Origin: Takakia lepidozioides
Taxonomy: Eukaryota > Plantae > Bryophyta
Direction of reading: 5' to 3'
NCBI GenBank assembly: GCA_030704615.1
Contig: CM060732.1
Location: 68,882,001-68,946,000, forward strand
DNA length: 64,000 nucleotides
Under the pieces are notes generated by a model that searched no databases, was not told the DNA's origin, and saw only the letters and a program-made list of their open reading frames with translations. The translations under genes and the position numbers were made by a program. Of the stretch, positions 62,561 through 64,000 are shown in pieces. Positions within the stretch are counted from its first letter, which is position 1; each line of letters opens with the position of its first letter.

Positions 62561-64000
62561 CTGTTCCCTCTTGTTCCGCCCAAACTGGGCGTGGGTTCTA
62601 TGGCCACAAGGCTACAGTAAACGATTTATGAGTAAATTTTCTATTGCTTTCTAACAGTTACCTGTGAACTGCTTTCCACCACATCCTAGATATGTCTCAC
62701 TGTCTCACCACACCTTTGATTTAGTCGGATGCACTCCACTGTACAGAAAAGACAGACTATAATTGTCCTTCACACAGTTTCCAGAGCTGATTAGCCATTG
62801 AGACAACCAGAGTGAGGGTCCATCTCCAGATTGTCCTGAAAATCTTCTCCCTGTCCAATATGCATGATTCAAAAGCATGCAGATTTATATACAGCATTAC
62901 TATCAGCAGTGTTGATACACTATTTTGTGACAACTTGAGGGATAGGAAAATTCCCCAAGGCTGCCTAACTAGCTAGCTTTAGCGTTAGTCAATATCTGAA
63001 TAAAAACCAAATGTACCAAACAGGAGGTGAAGGCAAGGCGCAAGTAATATCCACCCCCGTATTGGTACTAACTTGGAGCCATGGGTAGAGATGGGATAGA
63101 GGTAGCAAACACTCTTTCAAAACTAAATTTTTTTGTAAGGCTGGTTGGTTTCCTAGGCATGGCAGCCACCATTGTGTCAGCAGAAAAACAACATCTGTCA
63201 ATGTAGAGCCTGGTAACTCAACTCACATCTTACAGGTAACCAAAGACTAAATGATAGCCACATCCAAGGTAAAGCAGAGCATGGAGATGAAAACAAAGGC
63301 ATCAGCACAAAACAACAACCGACTATAAACAACAGAAGGAAAGCGATCCAGAAAGAAGGGTCAATCCAAGAGGGCACGGCCATCAACTATTATCTTATAT
63401 AGCAGTGACCAGCTGTTATAACTCCCCTACTGACTTCAGCAGTTTCGAGCAGAGTGTGCAGATGTACTTAGTTTTTGTGTCAACTCAGCCAAGACATAGT
63501 GCACTCAACTCATAGACAACAGTAGACATGAAGAGAGAGAAAAGAGAGAAAGGAACAGAACCTAACTAAGAAGAAACACGAAAGAGATCACCAGCCTCTA
63601 TCCCATCATCATCCAGAAGTACAGAAAACAGTCCAATTTTGGGAGGGGATTTGCTGCCTCTATCCCATCTCTACCCTGTATCTCCAAGTCAGTACCAGTA
63701 CTGGGTGGGGTGTTGCTACTTCAACTCCTATTGAGTAATTTGATTTGCTTTTCTAAAACCTAACAAATGATGAAGCCAGCTGATTATGCAGCCCACTCGG
63801 GGACGGGAAGTTCCCTCAAGGTGTCCCTCAATTGGTTCTAGAAGATCATTGGTGCTATTTGTGGTTATTCTAGAACCAAGGGTGCCCATCCTAAGAGCAA
63901 ATCCTCATGCCAACAAGGATCTTCTCAAACTGCTATTCTGATGGATGCAGGTTAACTTCCATGACTTGTATCTCATCCACTGAGCATACTCAAATGCAGC

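Overview
Eukaryotic nuclear DNA from a non-seed land plant, most likely a bryophyte. This is inferred from gene content, GT-AG introns, PLS-type PPR remnants and a Replitron. The left half is gene-dense and has five apparently intact genes, which I reconstructed by hand from splice sites: a double B-box BBX (STO/BBX24-type); an intronless GT8 IPUT1/PGSIP6; an 8-exon MAPR4/neuferricin-like cytochrome b5 steroid-binding protein; an uncharacterised D-box/RVxF protein, head-to-head with MAPR4 behind MSA+CHR elements; and a Kelch + coiled-coil (ACBP4-like) protein. The right end has two tandem REM-type B3 genes, the second with a chromodomain-like tail. The rest is decayed transposons: MULE transposase pieces with a GCM-like zinc domain and SWIM finger, a Replitron HUH endonuclease, LINE fragments and tRNA-derived SINEs (two with 13-bp TSDs). 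Two items stand out. One is a Ty3/gypsy gag-protease region fused in-frame to a C5 DNA-cytosine methyltransferase. The other is a PPR pseudogene split by a 4.56-kb patchwork insertion flanked by an exact 14-bp duplication. Family calls come from motif recognition, not database searches. Terminal exons and TE boundaries are approximate.
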